DNA from: the human T2T-CHM13v2.0 reference genome, Homo sapiens
Strand: one strand, 5' to 3'
Assembly: GCF_009914755.1 (NCBI RefSeq)
Contig: NC_060926.1
DNA: 64,000 nucleotides
A program made the position numbers and the translations under genes. Positions 26,501 to 39,954 of this stretch are shown here, one piece after another. A model generated the notes under the pieces. The model was given only the letters and a program-made list of their open reading frames with translations. It made no database searches and had not been told where the DNA came from. Every line of letters begins with the position of its first letter. Position 1 is the stretch's first letter.

Positions 26501-27689
26501 GGGTATAACAAAATACATTCTCTTACCCAAACATAATGTCCTTTTGAACTAAACCAGAATGACTACATTGAACTCCAAGAGAAACCAAGTAAATGATCAA
26601 TGGTTCATGGCTAAATCCAAGCTAAGGGGATATCGTCTAAGTGAACAGTAGTGGCCTGAAAAGATTATGAAATTAAGCAGGATCTAAATCAATGTTTACA
26701 AGTCAAAAGACATGCACTGTTTAGAAGCAAAGACAACTGGGGAACTGAGGGGAAGGGGACTGGGGAAGTGGAAAATGAGCAAGAAGCTGGATACAGTTAA
26801 TTTCTCAGAGAAGCAAATAGTTGAAATGTCATTCTGAAAGATAGCGGCATTTGCACCTTTTACACATCTCTATGAGATGACATGACATACACCTAGGAGA
26901 TTTCTCTTTTGCTATTTACTTTTCTATTCTGAATCTACGAGAGAGCCAAAGCAAAGGGACTGTTGTCTGGAGAGTTAACCTTTTAAGTTTTCTGTACAAA
27001 CTACTTTCATTCCCCATCAGTTCTGTGTTGGGCTTTAATTTCACCCTGAGTTACCAATGGTGAGCTTCTATCTTTTGCTTCTCAGACAATGGTAATCGTA
27101 TAATCAGCTTCTAAAAAAAACTCTGGCCCCCAAAACACAATAAATGACAAATAGTTTTGCTGCTTTCTTTTCCTCATTTCTGGTAGATTTAGTTTCTTTT
27201 AAAGTGAAAAAAAAAAAAGATTTTCCACCTTATAATGTAGGAAGAATAACACTGATATTCATCATGACTCAATTAATCATGAGAATTTAAATCCTCCAAC
27301 AAATTTAAACTGATTTCCTAAGAGTGTTTATTTATAAGCCTTCAACAATAAAAAAGACCTCTTCTTTCTGATCCATAATTTCTTCCCGGTGGATTGAGAA
27401 TATTCCTACAGCTTCTACTAATGTCTAAATGGTGATGATTCTATAAATTTTCTCCATGTCATTTATTTGCAGAATTATAGTTGTCTACAGGATATTTCCA
27501 CTTTTATGTCTCATAATTATTTCAAACATTAAAAAATACTCAAAAGGTATGCATTTTAGGTCTTGTAAAATCCTCAGCCCCAGCCTCCTATTTATACTAC
27601 CTGTCAATACCATGTTTTGAATTATGCTGTTCAGCTATAACACTGAGACCAAGCTATAAACACAAAAATATATTTCACTTTTTTTCTCT

Positions 27690-27980
27690 GGCTTTCTCCA
27701 CTCATCACATCGATCCATCTCTTCACAAGACTACATGAATTGTATTTTAAAAAAATCTGTAAAATTTTGCCTCTCCTCTTTAGACCTTGCTTTTGACAAT
27801 GTATGAAGTCTTCATCAGTTTTGACTTCCTGCAGTAGCCTCTACTGCACCATGCCATTCTTTATCAACTTCTGAAAAACTGTCAACTATTTCACTTTTCT
27901 ACTTAACATCCACAGTCTCTAATTGTCATGGAATAAATCCAAATTTTGTAGAGTTATCCTCTACAGGCTTGCCCAAGATG
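27690..27980 (+). mobile_element. L2 fragment
   Basis: CACATCGATCCATC..CAAGACT..CTGCAGTAGCCTC..AATAAATCCAAATT. Confidence 0.5.
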
Positions 27981-28023
27981 CTCACGATATTAATTGTTTA
28001 GGAATAGGGGTGGAAAGAGTCAC

Positions 28024-28391
28024 TATATTAGTCTGTTTTCATGCTACTAATAAAGACATACCTGAGACTGGGTAATTTATAAAGAAAAGAGGTTTAATTG
28101 ACTCACAGTTCCACATGGCTGGGGAAGCCTTAGGAAACTTACAATCATGGCAAAAAGGGAAGTAAATATGTCCTTCTTCACATGATAGCAGGAAGGAGAA
28201 GTGCCGAGAAAAGGGGGAAAAGCCCCTTATAAAACCATCAGATCTCATGAGAACTCAATCACTATCACAAGAACGGCATGAGATTAACCATCCCCATGAT
28301 TCAGTTACTTCCAGTGGGTCCCTCCCATGACATGTGAGGATTATGACAATTCAAGATGAGATTTGGGTGGGGACACAGCCAAACCATGTCG
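28024..28391 (-). mobile_element. THE1 (C/D-like) MaLR solo LTR
   Basis: GAGACTGGGTAATTTATAAAGAAAAGAGG..GAGATTTGGGTGGGGACACAGCCAAACCAT; perfect TSD GTCAC. Confidence 0.95.
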
Positions 28392-29811
28392 GTCACTCAT
28401 TCATACCTGTGTGACTTTCACACTGCTCCGTAACTCTCCTATACCCAGCTCTCTATCTCTTTTCCTGTCACCCCTCATAATCTCATGTGTGAATATCTTT
28501 ATATATTAACATCTCAAAATGCCACATTTTATTTAAAATAATTTGTTTCTCTGACTTTCATAAAGTGTATGTACCTCAAAACAATTTATAATACTTCCTT
28601 TTCTCTTGCAGGGTCTCTGAAATATTTGTAGACTTGAACTCAGCTGAATACAATTCACAAAATTCCATGCTTTTTTGCAATCCAGAAAATTATTTGTAAA
28701 GGAACTAAGGTTTCCTCAAGCATAGGTTAGGATATCTAGATTTTGTGCTTAAATATAATTTTGTTCATATGTCTATATATAATTTGAGCTTTGCATTGTA
28801 ATTTATACATTTACATATTTACTTTTAGTGAACAAAGAGAGGTATTTGTATATATGGAATTGTTAAATAACACTTCTTTCAGTAAACATCACTTGCTAGG
28901 CATTAAGTAATTTTTTTTTATCACTGAAATTATACCCTGAAGTCTGTTAATGAAGAGGGCTGGCTGTAAGTTAAGCTTGAACATTTAAAATATTAGAATT
29001 TATCTCTAAACTCTTTATGCTGATACTGCTATCTTGACTTTTTTTTCTCCATTACTTCATGGATGATGTTCCCTAATCTACTCATCTTGCAAACTGCAGG
29101 TGCTGATGAAGCATATCCATTTTAATTGAACTCTTAACCCATGGGAGAATTTCACTTATTTTCTTTTAATGGCATTTATGTTTTTAGCTTATTTAGTGCC
29201 TTTGATTATTTAGGAGAACCCCTTATGATTTATCAAGTAAAATGACATGATTAATGTTGTACATTATCCTTTCTTTAATATGATTTTACAAGTGGAAAAA
29301 AGCATCTGGATTTGATCGCAACCTTACATTGAGCATCAGTGGTGCATGCAAAGCAGCTCAGACAAGTGCTAGGTATACAATTTCTCCTGTGAATACAGAA
29401 ATCTACTGACTATTCAAGTTTTATGAAGACTGTCACCTTCTTAGTTTGAAGAAATTAACAAAGGTAATTCTTTGTTAATTCAAGAGATCAAGGAATCCTT
29501 GTGTCTGTGATTTTATTATATTTTACTGTAATTGTTTTTTACATGTAGTCTTCAATTTTACTAACAGAGAACTTTTCTATAATTGTCTTGGGAAAGAGAA
29601 ATCCATGGTGTTCTTCTTAACTCACCATAATGTTGGCTGCCCTTCCACTCTCTAACTCACCCAGCCTATTCAGATTCTCCATCTTCAGTCATTTCATTTT
29701 TCCTTTTTTATATGTTGCCTGCTTTCCTATTTAAAAACATATATTATTATTGCTGGAAACACCCTAAAAGAAATTTCTAAATGCTAGGTTAAAAATCCCC
29801 AGATAAGAAAT

Positions 29812-30045
29812 CTGTTGTACAGGTAAGAAAACAGTCTTTAGAGTGAGACTAAGCTTAGCTCATTTACTATATTTATCAACTGTGAGATCGTAAGTAAATT
29901 TCCTTAGTTCTTTCTTTCAAAAAATTAGCAGAATTATTCACAACCCACATGATTGTTGTGGTGACTAATTAAGATATTCATAAGGTGTATTAACCAACAC
30001 ATCTGGCAAATATTAAGTGCTTAAAACTATTGGTTATATTTACAA
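29812..30045 (+). mobile_element. MIR
   Basis: TTTAGAGTGAGAC..CTGTGAGATCGTAAGTAAATT..TTGTTGTGGTGACTAATTAAGAT..CTGGCAAATATTAAGTGCT. Confidence 0.75.
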
Positions 30046-30288
30046 TTATTGGGGCTAAGTTACTTTGTTTACATTCTGGCACTCTTTCTATTGAAGAAAT
30101 ATTCATTTAAATAAATATTTAAATTAAAAAAACAATGTTTTAACTTAAAAAATACAACTGTTCTGATTAAAAATGAAAGCCAAGGTATATATATTTATAT
30201 TCCTCTCACTTTCAAGTGTATTGCACTTTGAATAAATTCCATATGGTAGAATAAACTAATAATAACAAAAAAACCTTGAAAACTAGAG

Positions 30289-30678
30289 TGTCAGGCCTCT
30301 GAGGCCAAGCTGAGCCATCATATCCCCTGTGACCTGCAGGAATACATCCAGATGGCCTGAAGCAAGTGAAGGATCACAAAAGAAGTGAAAATGGCTGGTT
30401 CCTGCCTTAATTTATGACGTTACCTTGTGAAATTCCTTCTCCTGGCTCAGAAGCTCCCCCACTGAGCACCTTGTGACCCTCACCCTTGCCCGCCAGAAAA
30501 CAACCCCCTTTGACTGTAATTTTCTACTACCTACTCAAATCCTATAAAACTGCCCCACCCCTAACTCTCTTTGCTGACTGTCTTTTCCGACTCAGCCCGC
30601 CTGCACCCAGGTGACTAAAAAGCTTTATTGCTCACACAAAGCCTGTTTGGTGGTCTCTTAACATGGACACGCGTGACA
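30289..30678 (+). mobile_element. LTR7 (HERV-H) solo LTR, single-U3-repeat variant
   Basis: TGTCAGGCCTCTGAG..CCTATAAAAC (TATA)..CTCACACAAAGCCTGTTTGGTGGTCTCTT..GCGTGACA; perfect TSD TAGAG. Confidence 0.96.
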
Positions 30679-31249
30679 TAGAGTTGAAGATTTCAACAGC
30701 CCAAAGATTTAGATTTATTTCTGAACTGAAAATGTGAGTTATCATTTTAATGGATAAAGTCAATTAGAGGTAACAAAAAGGCAGCCTTGTATTTGACAAC
30801 TGCAGAGAGCAGAAATCTTAAGTGGGGCAAAGATTGAAGAGATGAGTTAAAAATTGTCTGTGGAAGGAACACTCCTCAAATACAATCCTGTTTGCATAGC
30901 ATTTGCTTTGGCCTACAGGTTAGGGCACATAATAAACCCTTTAAAGAAGCGGAGGGTATATTTGGGAAGGACATAGAATCTCAGAACGCAAATTACCATG
31001 CCAAATGATTTTGGTTTACTTTTGCATTGGAGCAAATGCCATTACTACCTCTCCCCTTTTATGCAAATAAAGTTAAGCTTGCCAGTCTATACTCTTCTAA
31101 TTCTTAGAGAGAGATTAAAGATAAAAAAATTCTTAGAGAGTGATAGAAGATAATAAATTTTTTTAAAAAATCCCCTTTCAGGATCCCCAGGATAAAGACA
31201 AAATTTTGAAATATTCCAAACGAATATTAATCCTTTTGCATTCATATTG

Positions 31250-32900
31250 GTAGTATACCCCATTTTCATGACTATAATTTGTTTTTCTACAGTTTTTATT
31301 ATAGCTTTTGATAAACAACACTTTATATTATTTTCATTAAGTTTTTCAAACTCTTCTTTTACATGTTGCTCAGTCTTGTTTTATTTAAAGAATTTTTCTT
31401 TACCAAAAACATGTTACATAATCTCCTACATTTTTTTCCTATAAGCGTTCAATGTTTATTTTTTCTCAGACTATTTATAGAATGTAGATTGGTAATTTTC
31501 TCCTCTCATGAATAACATGTATAACAGGTACTGGTAATAATTCTCTCTTAGATGAAATAAAAGTCTCATGCTCTATAAACATTGGTGAAATTTTGAAATT
31601 TTTTGGGAATATTGAATTTATAAATATGCTTTTGGATGTTTGTATCTTTCCATTCATAAACTTCAAATATCTTTCATTGTAGGACATTTCAGATAGATTT
31701 CTCAAAAATATTATAATTTTATCCATGAAGGTCTTATGCATATTTAGTTCAATTTATTTCTATGTACATCATACTTTTATCTTTATGAATGGGACCTTGA
31801 AAAGAGATATACTGTATATTTACTGTTTATAACTAGTATATAGAATATAATTGATTTCTAAAAGTTGATGTTACATCCAAAAACTTGCTAAGTTATTTAA
31901 TGAAATCTTATATTTTATAGCTTCCTATAAGATTTTCTTTGATTATATTTACATCATCCGTGAAAGAGACTGCTTTCTTCTTAATTTATATGTATGTTCT
32001 TCTTCCTCCACTAATTGTTATTCCCAGTACAAGAAAATTCTTTATTGTTTTCTTGAATTTAAATGGTCTTTCTAATATTTGCCAATGATAAATATATGTA
32101 TTACATATTTGTGTACTCTCTTTAAATAAGGAAGTTCTTTGCTATACCGAAATTGCTAAAAATGTGCTAAAATTTCTCACATACATAATATCTGCTAATA
32201 GGAAATCTAATGGATTTGCTTTTTTGCATCTCTTGATATAAATGTTTTTCTCCTTTAGTGCTTTAATGTAGTACATTGCATCAATTGATATTCTAATTTA
32301 TAAGGAATTCTTGGTGTGCTGAGAAAACTCATCTTTCTCATGAATTTCAGTTTTGCATGTACACAATTTTGTCTAACTTTATTTATGATTTGTGCCTCTC
32401 TATCCATAACTGAGTTTGCACTAAGTTATTTCTGTTGCATATGTCCTCTTCAGCTTGGGTTTTTCAAGAATTATCTAGACCAATAACAAAATTAGACACA
32501 TCGCCTCGTGACTTAATCTATTAATATGTAACATTTGTGGAATATAGGCGCATTTTCATTCTTTGATGTTTGTAAAATTTCCCTCTGAGTTGTTTGGCAG
32601 GGATGATTTTTGGCATGTAGCTTTTAAGAACCGATTCAAATTTTTTAATGGTTATTTTTTCACACTTTCTTTTCACAGTATTTTAATTTATATTTGCAAA
32701 GAATTAGGTATTTCAAAAAATTTTTATACATAGGGCATATTTTTTAAAGTGTTTTACTTATATATTGTTAAATCTACTTGTAGTTGCCTCTTTTATTCCC
32801 ACATATTATCTATTTAATTGTCGTATTTGTCAGACATTTGGCTATTTTACTTGCTTCTTCAAATTAAACATTATTTTAAAAATTCATTAATTTCTGCTCT
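31250..32900 (-). mobile_element. Highly degenerate L1ME/MC ORF2 region
   Basis: T-rich strand with CATTCATAAAC, AAATAAGGAAGTTC and TTTTTGCATCTCTTGA motifs typical of antisense L1. Confidence 0.6.
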
Positions 32901-32919
32901 TTTTAAATTATTTATATTT

Positions 32920-34745
32920 TTTATGTTTATTTTGAAATAATTCTAATTTAGTGTAATTTACAAAAATAGTCCTGAGAATTGCACACCCTTACTAAACTTC
33001 CTGCAAGGGTAACAGTTTATATAACTGTAATGTATACGAAGACTAGGAAATTGACACTGGTATATACTGTGAACTAGACTTCAGGTTTTCACCAGTTTTT
33101 ATGTGTGTGTGTGCGCGCGCAGAGATGTATGTAATGTATGTAATGACCACCACAATCAAGACAGAACTGTTTCCTCACTACAAAGAAATTTCCTTTTGAT
33201 TTTATAGTTCTTTTCACTCGCGTCCGTGTGAAGAGACCACCAAACAGGCTTTGTGTGAGCAACAAGGCTGTTTATTTCACCTGGGTGCAGGCAGGCTGAG
33301 TCCGAAAAGAGAGTAAGCGAAGGCAGATAGGAGTGGGGCCATTTTATAGGATTTGGGTAGGTAAAGGAAAATTACAGTCAAAGGGAGTTGTTCTCTGGCG
33401 GGAAGGGGCGGGGGTCACAAGGTGCTCAGCGGGTGAGCTTTTGAGCCAGGATGAGCCAGGAAAGGGAATTTCACAAGGTAATGTCATCAGTTAAGGCAGG
33501 GACTGGCCATTTTCACTTCTTTTGTGGTGGAATGTCATCAGTTAAGGTAGGAACCGGCCATTTGGATGTGTGTGTGCAGGTCACAGGGGATATGATGGCT
33601 TAGCTTGGGCTCAGAGGCCTGACAGTTCTACCTTGCCTCCCCACTTTACCCTTTAGGAATCACTAATCTGTTCTTATTCTCCATAGCACTGCCATTTAAA
33701 AAATGTTATGTAAAGCGAATCATGCAGTGTATAACCTTTTGAGATTGGGATTTTTTATTAAAGACAGTGCCTCTGAGATAGACTCAAGTTGTTACATGTA
33801 TAAATAGTTTCTTTTTGTTGCTGACTGATATTCCATGGAATGTGCATATCACAGTTTATTTAGCCTTTCATCTGTTGAAGGACAGAATTGTGTCCAGTTT
33901 TTGGCTACTATATATAAACCTTCTGTGAACATTTCTTTATACATTTTAGTGTTAATATAGGTTGTTATATCTCTGAGATAAATATCCAAGACTGCAATTG
34001 CTGGAAAATATGGTAACAATGTTTGGTTTTAAGATAATTACCCAATAATTTGTTAGTGCTTCTGCCATTTTACATTCTTACTTGCAATGTATGAGAGATC
34101 CAGTTTCTCTGCATTCTTGCCAGCATTTGGTATTATTATTTATTTATTTATGGTTTACATGTTAACCATTCTGATAAGTCTGTAGAAATATCTCATTTTG
34201 ATTTACTGTGCATTGCTCTACTAGCTAGTGTGTTCAATATATTTTTTATATGCTTACTTGTTACACATATTCCATGTTTAGTGGAAAGTCTATTCATGTC
34301 TTTTGCCCATTTTTTATTTTTCTGTTGTACTACTGCTGAGTTTTGAGTTATATTCTAGATGTAAATTATTTGTCAGATATGTGGCTTGCAAATATTTTCT
34401 CCCAATCTTCAGCCTTTCCATTTTTTACACGTTAACTTTTTTTTGGCAGAGTTCAATTTATCTACTTTTTTTCTTTTATAGATTAGGAAAAGTCTTCATC
34501 TTGCCCGAGGTCCCAAGTCCCAAGCCCCAAGCCCCAGGCACTTTCTCTTATATTTTTTTCTAAAAGTTTTTATAGTTTTACATTTAAATCTATAATCTAT
34601 TTGAGTTAGTTTTTCATAAATTGTGAGTTTTAAGTTAAGTTGAGGGCTTCATTTGTTTTGTTTGTTTTTTGCTTATGGATGTCCAGTTACACCATCACTC
34701 TCCATGGAAAATATTACCCTTCCTTTAATAAATGGCTTTGCAATA
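32920..34745 (-). mobile_element. L1MC-type 3' region, interrupted by LTR7
   Basis: TTTTGAAATAATT..CAAAAATAGT..ACCACCACAATCAAGA; resumes at 33625 with CACTAATCTGTTC..CATTCTTGCCAGCATTTGG. Confidence 0.85.
33212..33624 (-). mobile_element. LTR7 (HERV-H) solo LTR, canonical type I with duplicated U3 repeat
   Basis: Reverse complement starts TGTCAGGCCTCTGAGCCCAAGCTAAGCC; two ATGTCATCAGTTAAGG repeats; perfect TSD GTTCT. Confidence 0.97.
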
Positions 34746-35899
34746 ATTAGGAGGCTTTTGCTATCAAATGTAAATATAGACATTTATAATTCGTATTATG
34801 GAAATCAGGCTATGTTTGATTTGTATGCTTTTTTTTTTTTCTTCAAATCTTTACCATTCTGGAATTATCTTTTTAATGGAAAAAATTTTTAAAGTATATC
34901 AAAAATAAAGGCAGAAGTTAGGAGATATTGTAAAGATACTGTTCATTAACTAAATTCTGACCCTTTAGATATGCTTCAATCACTGACTGTTATAATTTAA
35001 ATCTAAAATTTAGATGAACAAAAATACTTTGCTGTTCAAGCTGATTTGATCCAAAAGCTTTGAGACAGAACATTTGTAAAATATTAATATGGTTAAAGTA
35101 ACACAATTGCACTCACTCAAATTTAATATTTTAACTCAGGCATTGCTTTACTGTTTCTTAAAAAATTCTTAAATAAATATGCATATCCCCAAAATGTTTC
35201 ATTGATAAAAAGAAAGCAACTTATGAAGCTTTGAGATTAGTGCCTGAAGCCTAAACAGCAACCATTAAATTAGACAAAAGGCATATAAAGATTAAGAACT
35301 GAATGTATCATTAGGATGCTGGTAGCAATGAGGAGCTAAAATATTATGTGAAGCTACATATTCTATGTTTCTTTCTTTTTAATGAAATATACTTACATTT
35401 CCATTACACTCTTAGACTCCAATTAATCCAACACAAAAGCCTCTCCAAAAATGCCCATGTGAATTTTTCTTATATGTTTAGTTCACTCCCACAATAACAT
35501 CTAATTATATGAAACTTCAAATGAATAAGGGGAGGCTATTATCTAACAAATACCTTAAAGGAGGCAACTGCTTTTCAAATTAGTTTTGAAACACTGCTGG
35601 CATTTTTTTTCTATTACCCCTAAATGAAACTGCTAACCTTAAGAGTATTTATGGGACCAGATTTTTAATTATATTTGCAAGCTATAGGGGTCTGGTAATA
35701 TGGTAATTTAAAGGAATTAATGTTTATTGGTGTTTACTACATTTTAGCTACCATAAGCTATAAAATATTTTTTTAAATTCCACTTCATTTTTGCACATTT
35801 AATAACTAAAATGGTAATATCTGCTCATCTTCTGAACTAGTAAGGTTTGAAGGTTTTCATACGCATATCTAATATTCAGTAAGATGTGAATTACTACAA

Positions 35900-36040
35900 T
35901 TTTTCAAGAATTCTACCATTTAACATTATATGAATAAGAAACTGAGGCAAAGAATATTTGTGGATTGTCCAATGTAAAACAACTTGTATCTATAACAAAC
36001 CTAATGCAGAAATGGAAAGCTAACTGAATTTAGCCCCAGA
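35900..36040 (-). mobile_element. MIR core
   Basis: AATAAGAAACTGAGGCAAAG..TTGTCCAATGTAAAACAAC. Confidence 0.6.
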
Positions 36041-36551
36041 AATGAGGCAGCCCCTTTGTCTATTATTTTCAAAATGTTTGATAATTCTCCATCCATTTGA
36101 CGAAGGCGAATGAAATTGTTTAAAATGGTCATGTTCTAGGAAAGACTATTTCTGACATTTTCAATACTACATCAAACTCAGAATGCCTAGAATCGTCCCA
36201 AGCACCTCTTCTTCCTCCACTGTTCCTCTTTTCCAACTTGATAGACACCTCATATTTCCTGACATTTCCAGTGTTTTCCTATCTATTATTAGATAGGAAA
36301 ATAGGTTGGTCCTCTCCACTGAACAACATTTCAGTGCTGTTCTATCATGTTTTGTAACCTCTTTTCAAAAAATATTCTGTCTTCAATCTCCACACTTGAA
36401 CACCTCTCCTTAGACCCTCAACAGAGTACAACTCTCTTTTGAGATGAGAGAAGGTCATTAAATGTAAACCTCTTCAAATCTCCCTCCCTACCGCATTCTT
36501 CTACCTCATTTAAGTTCAAGCCCCAACCCTGGAAAAGAGGGCCCGATCTGA

Positions 36552-36911
<360 letters not shown>

Positions 36912-37049
36912 TAATAATGGAGTCTATTTTGTCTTCCACCAAATATCCAGCCACCCCTATTCTTTTTCTCATAAAGTTTCTGCTTCTTTTTATTCACCAT
37001 TTAAAAATTCAATTGTTTTTAGGTTTGTCCCCTTGTCTCTCTTCAGTTT

Positions 37050-37412
37050 TAATACTGAGCATTGGCTCAGAATTATCTCCTACCTTTATTCAACAGCCTT
37101 TCATGAACCTTACAAACCACATGGTTCCCCCCCATAAACTTCTATTATAGTATTTAATACCCTTTATCAAAATGATTTGCTTTTTTGTCTATTATTCTAT
37201 TATTCCCCTATTTGTCTATACATTTTTATCTATTATTACTCCCATAAAACCATGGAGTGTTTAGATTCAGGGACCATGTCCTCTTCATCTTTGAGCACCT
37301 CATGTGCAGCATAGAGTCTCAATCTACTGTATCTATTGTATGATTGAGTAAATACAGATCTACTCAATCTATTGTATGCACTCAAGTATTCATTGATTGA
37401 ATAAATGAGTAA
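37050..37412 (+). mobile_element. L2 3' end
   Basis: CAGGGACCATGTCCTCTTCATCTTTG..CTCAAGTATTCATTGATTGAATAAATGA. Confidence 0.7.
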
Positions 37413-39109
37413 ACATACCTTTTGACCTAAAGTAGATGACTCTTTTCTTATGACAGAAATTCTCATGTTTATCAGACAATGAAGTACGAGCAAGATCAGT
37501 TGCTGATGTTAGCCTTCTCTTTTCAGGATTCCAAACAGCTTATCTTCTTTCTGACACATTAATTATTTGCATATATTTGTAAACTTGCATGACTCTTTTT
37601 TATATTTATTTTTACTTTTCTCCAATTTTGCCTTAAATTTATTGAGTTCCAGAAAATCTCTCTGTTTCTTATTTTAAAACTGATGGGTATTTGTGAATTT
37701 TGATCAGTGTGGCTCTCAGCAGATGAGCTTATTTTTAAATCCCTGCTGGCCCTTATGCACTAAATATAGCAAGTAAATGAAAAAAAGGCAGAGTTTTAAA
37801 TGAGTTTTCTGAATTCAAGTCGATTCATTTGCACATTTGGAATAACATACCTAATTCATTCACTCAAGCTACTCATGCTACTCAAAATCTAACATCCTTG
37901 TATCCCATAAGTGAATAATCACTTTCACTGTCCTCTCCTTGCTGGAGAGATGGGAAGAGTAACTTACTAATTAATGACCTCACAATATTCTCCAGTTTGA
38001 ACGGTCTCTTAAATTTGCAGTGAATTCAGGTTCATAGTCTTCTTCTGAGCTAGTTTAGTCTCCTTTTGATGATTCAGTTTCTTCCAGGTGATTGCTCAGG
38101 TTTCCTATACTGCCTATTCATCTTCTGGATGGCTTACTGAGTGGTTAGGATAGGCGAGAAGACACCACAATTCTGGCTGAAGAGTAATTCCTCTAGTCTG
38201 TGATGTCCTTTGCTACTCTGGTCCCTGGATTTATGACCACTAATTTGCAACCTGTTCAATCTAGTCCTTTGGGCACTGAATAGTACCCATTGCCACAGTC
38301 TGATCAGAAATTTGCACCAGTATCAAAGAATCCACTCTCCCTATCTCTTTGTTCTATACCAGGCCACTGCTTGTGGTCCTGCCTTCTCCACCCTTCCATA
38401 ATCCCTCATTGTGACTTATTGGAATATTTGGAATGCACGCATGCCCTCTGTGGAAGTTGCTGCGCCAGGAGTGTTCTGTAAGGCTGTCAATTAGGACACA
38501 TTTCCTAGCAAATTGTGTACTCTCTCTCCAAGGACATATTGGGTATGGCTTGAAGGCTTGGAGTCTTTCCAGGCTATTCTTCCCAATCTAAGCATGCCCT
38601 TACTCATCACTGGCTGGCCAATTTATTGGAATTTTTAAATATTTTCTCTCTCCTTGAGGTTCCATGGCAAGAGAGAGAAATAGAGAAAAAAGCACAAAGA
38701 TGGGTATGTCTGTCTCTTGCCTTTACTGTAGTCCCCTGCCCTAGAAATCTTCTGCTTTATTCACTTCCTCCTTCTCCCGGAGAAGACTTCCATTCCATAA
38801 AACACCAAGGTAAAACCCCGCATTTCTGGCCCCTGGTATGTCTGTGGCATGCCAAAGAATTTAGAAACACCTCTTTCATCTTAATGATTCTCTTAAAACA
38901 ATATCATTGCTATGTTCATACAAGAAGTGTTTGTGACATATATGTGAATAATTGCATTTTAGTTCTAGCTGGTATCAAATACCTGTTGATAGGTCAGTAT
39001 GGAGATATAAGGCAAAAAGACATAGAAGATCCTGAAATAAATGAATAAACATTTGCAAATACATTTAACCACTACACACATTTTAATAGTTTTTATATCC
39101 TTGTCATGG

Positions 39110-39513
39110 ACATCATAGTACCCTCAAGACAAAGGTACTCATTCTTACTAGGTGCTGGAAATAATGTCTCTTAATGGCACTGCATCCCTCTCCATTGACT
39201 GACCTTGGCAAAGAGGAGCTGTCTCATCTGAAGTTATATCCCTTCTTTGAGGCAGGCCTATTTTCAATAACTGGTTGATGAAGGGTACAAAGGCTAAATC
39301 TTTTGACTTCAGAACAACTCTGAATCTCAGCAGCAGCTGCCATACAGTCTGCTGAAGCTTCGGAGGCAAATATATCTCAGTTCAACCTCTCCCTCTGTGA
39401 AAGTCAGCTGCTTCTATTTCCTTACAGGTGTTGTCCTGAGAGCTCTCCTCAATCAATCTTCTGCAAGTAAATCTCCCTTTAAGACTCTTTCTTAGAAAAT
39501 CTGACCTCTGATA
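39110..39513 (+). mobile_element. LTR16-like ERVL LTR
   Basis: CAGTTCAACCTCTCCCTCTG..ACAGGTGTTGTCCTGAGAGC..CTGCAAGTAAATCTCC..GAAAATCTGACC. Confidence 0.65.
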
Positions 39514-39569
39514 ATTGAATGGAGATTTTGGAGCCAGATGCCCTACTCTGTGAAAACTGCATTATAGTA

Positions 39570-39699
39570 CAGTATTCCCCTCTAAGCAATTGTATTTTCC
39601 TCACTCACATATATTTTTCTCCAAAGCTCTCCTCAGCAATCACCTCATGCATACAAATCTTCGCCAGAGTCCGCTTCTTATGGAAACTCATCTATGACA
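39570..39699 (+). mobile_element. Second LTR16-like 3' end fragment
   Basis: TGCATACAAATCTTCGCCAGAGTCCGCTTCTTATGGAAACTCATCTATGACA. Confidence 0.5.
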
Positions 39700-39954
39700 A
39701 TCCACCACTATTTTAGGAATAGTAAAGGGAACAAAATATTGTGCAAGTAAAAACTAAGATAGCAATACCTTAAATTTTCAGAGTAATTTTATATTTTGCC
39801 AAGCAAAGTGATATTATAATCTTTGATTTGATCTACTTGAGTAAAATAGTAGGAAAGCAATAACATTGAAAGAAATCAAGTAGCAGTATTTACTGAGGAT
39901 TAACCTTCAAACCTGTACTGTTGACTTGAATTTCTCTGTATTAACCTGCACTTC

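Noticed and set aside
30289-33624. A HERV-H provirus bounded by two LTR7
   Set aside because: The LTRs are inverted, have different TSDs and U3 structures, and the spacer is old L1 and unique DNA with no PBS or gag/pol.
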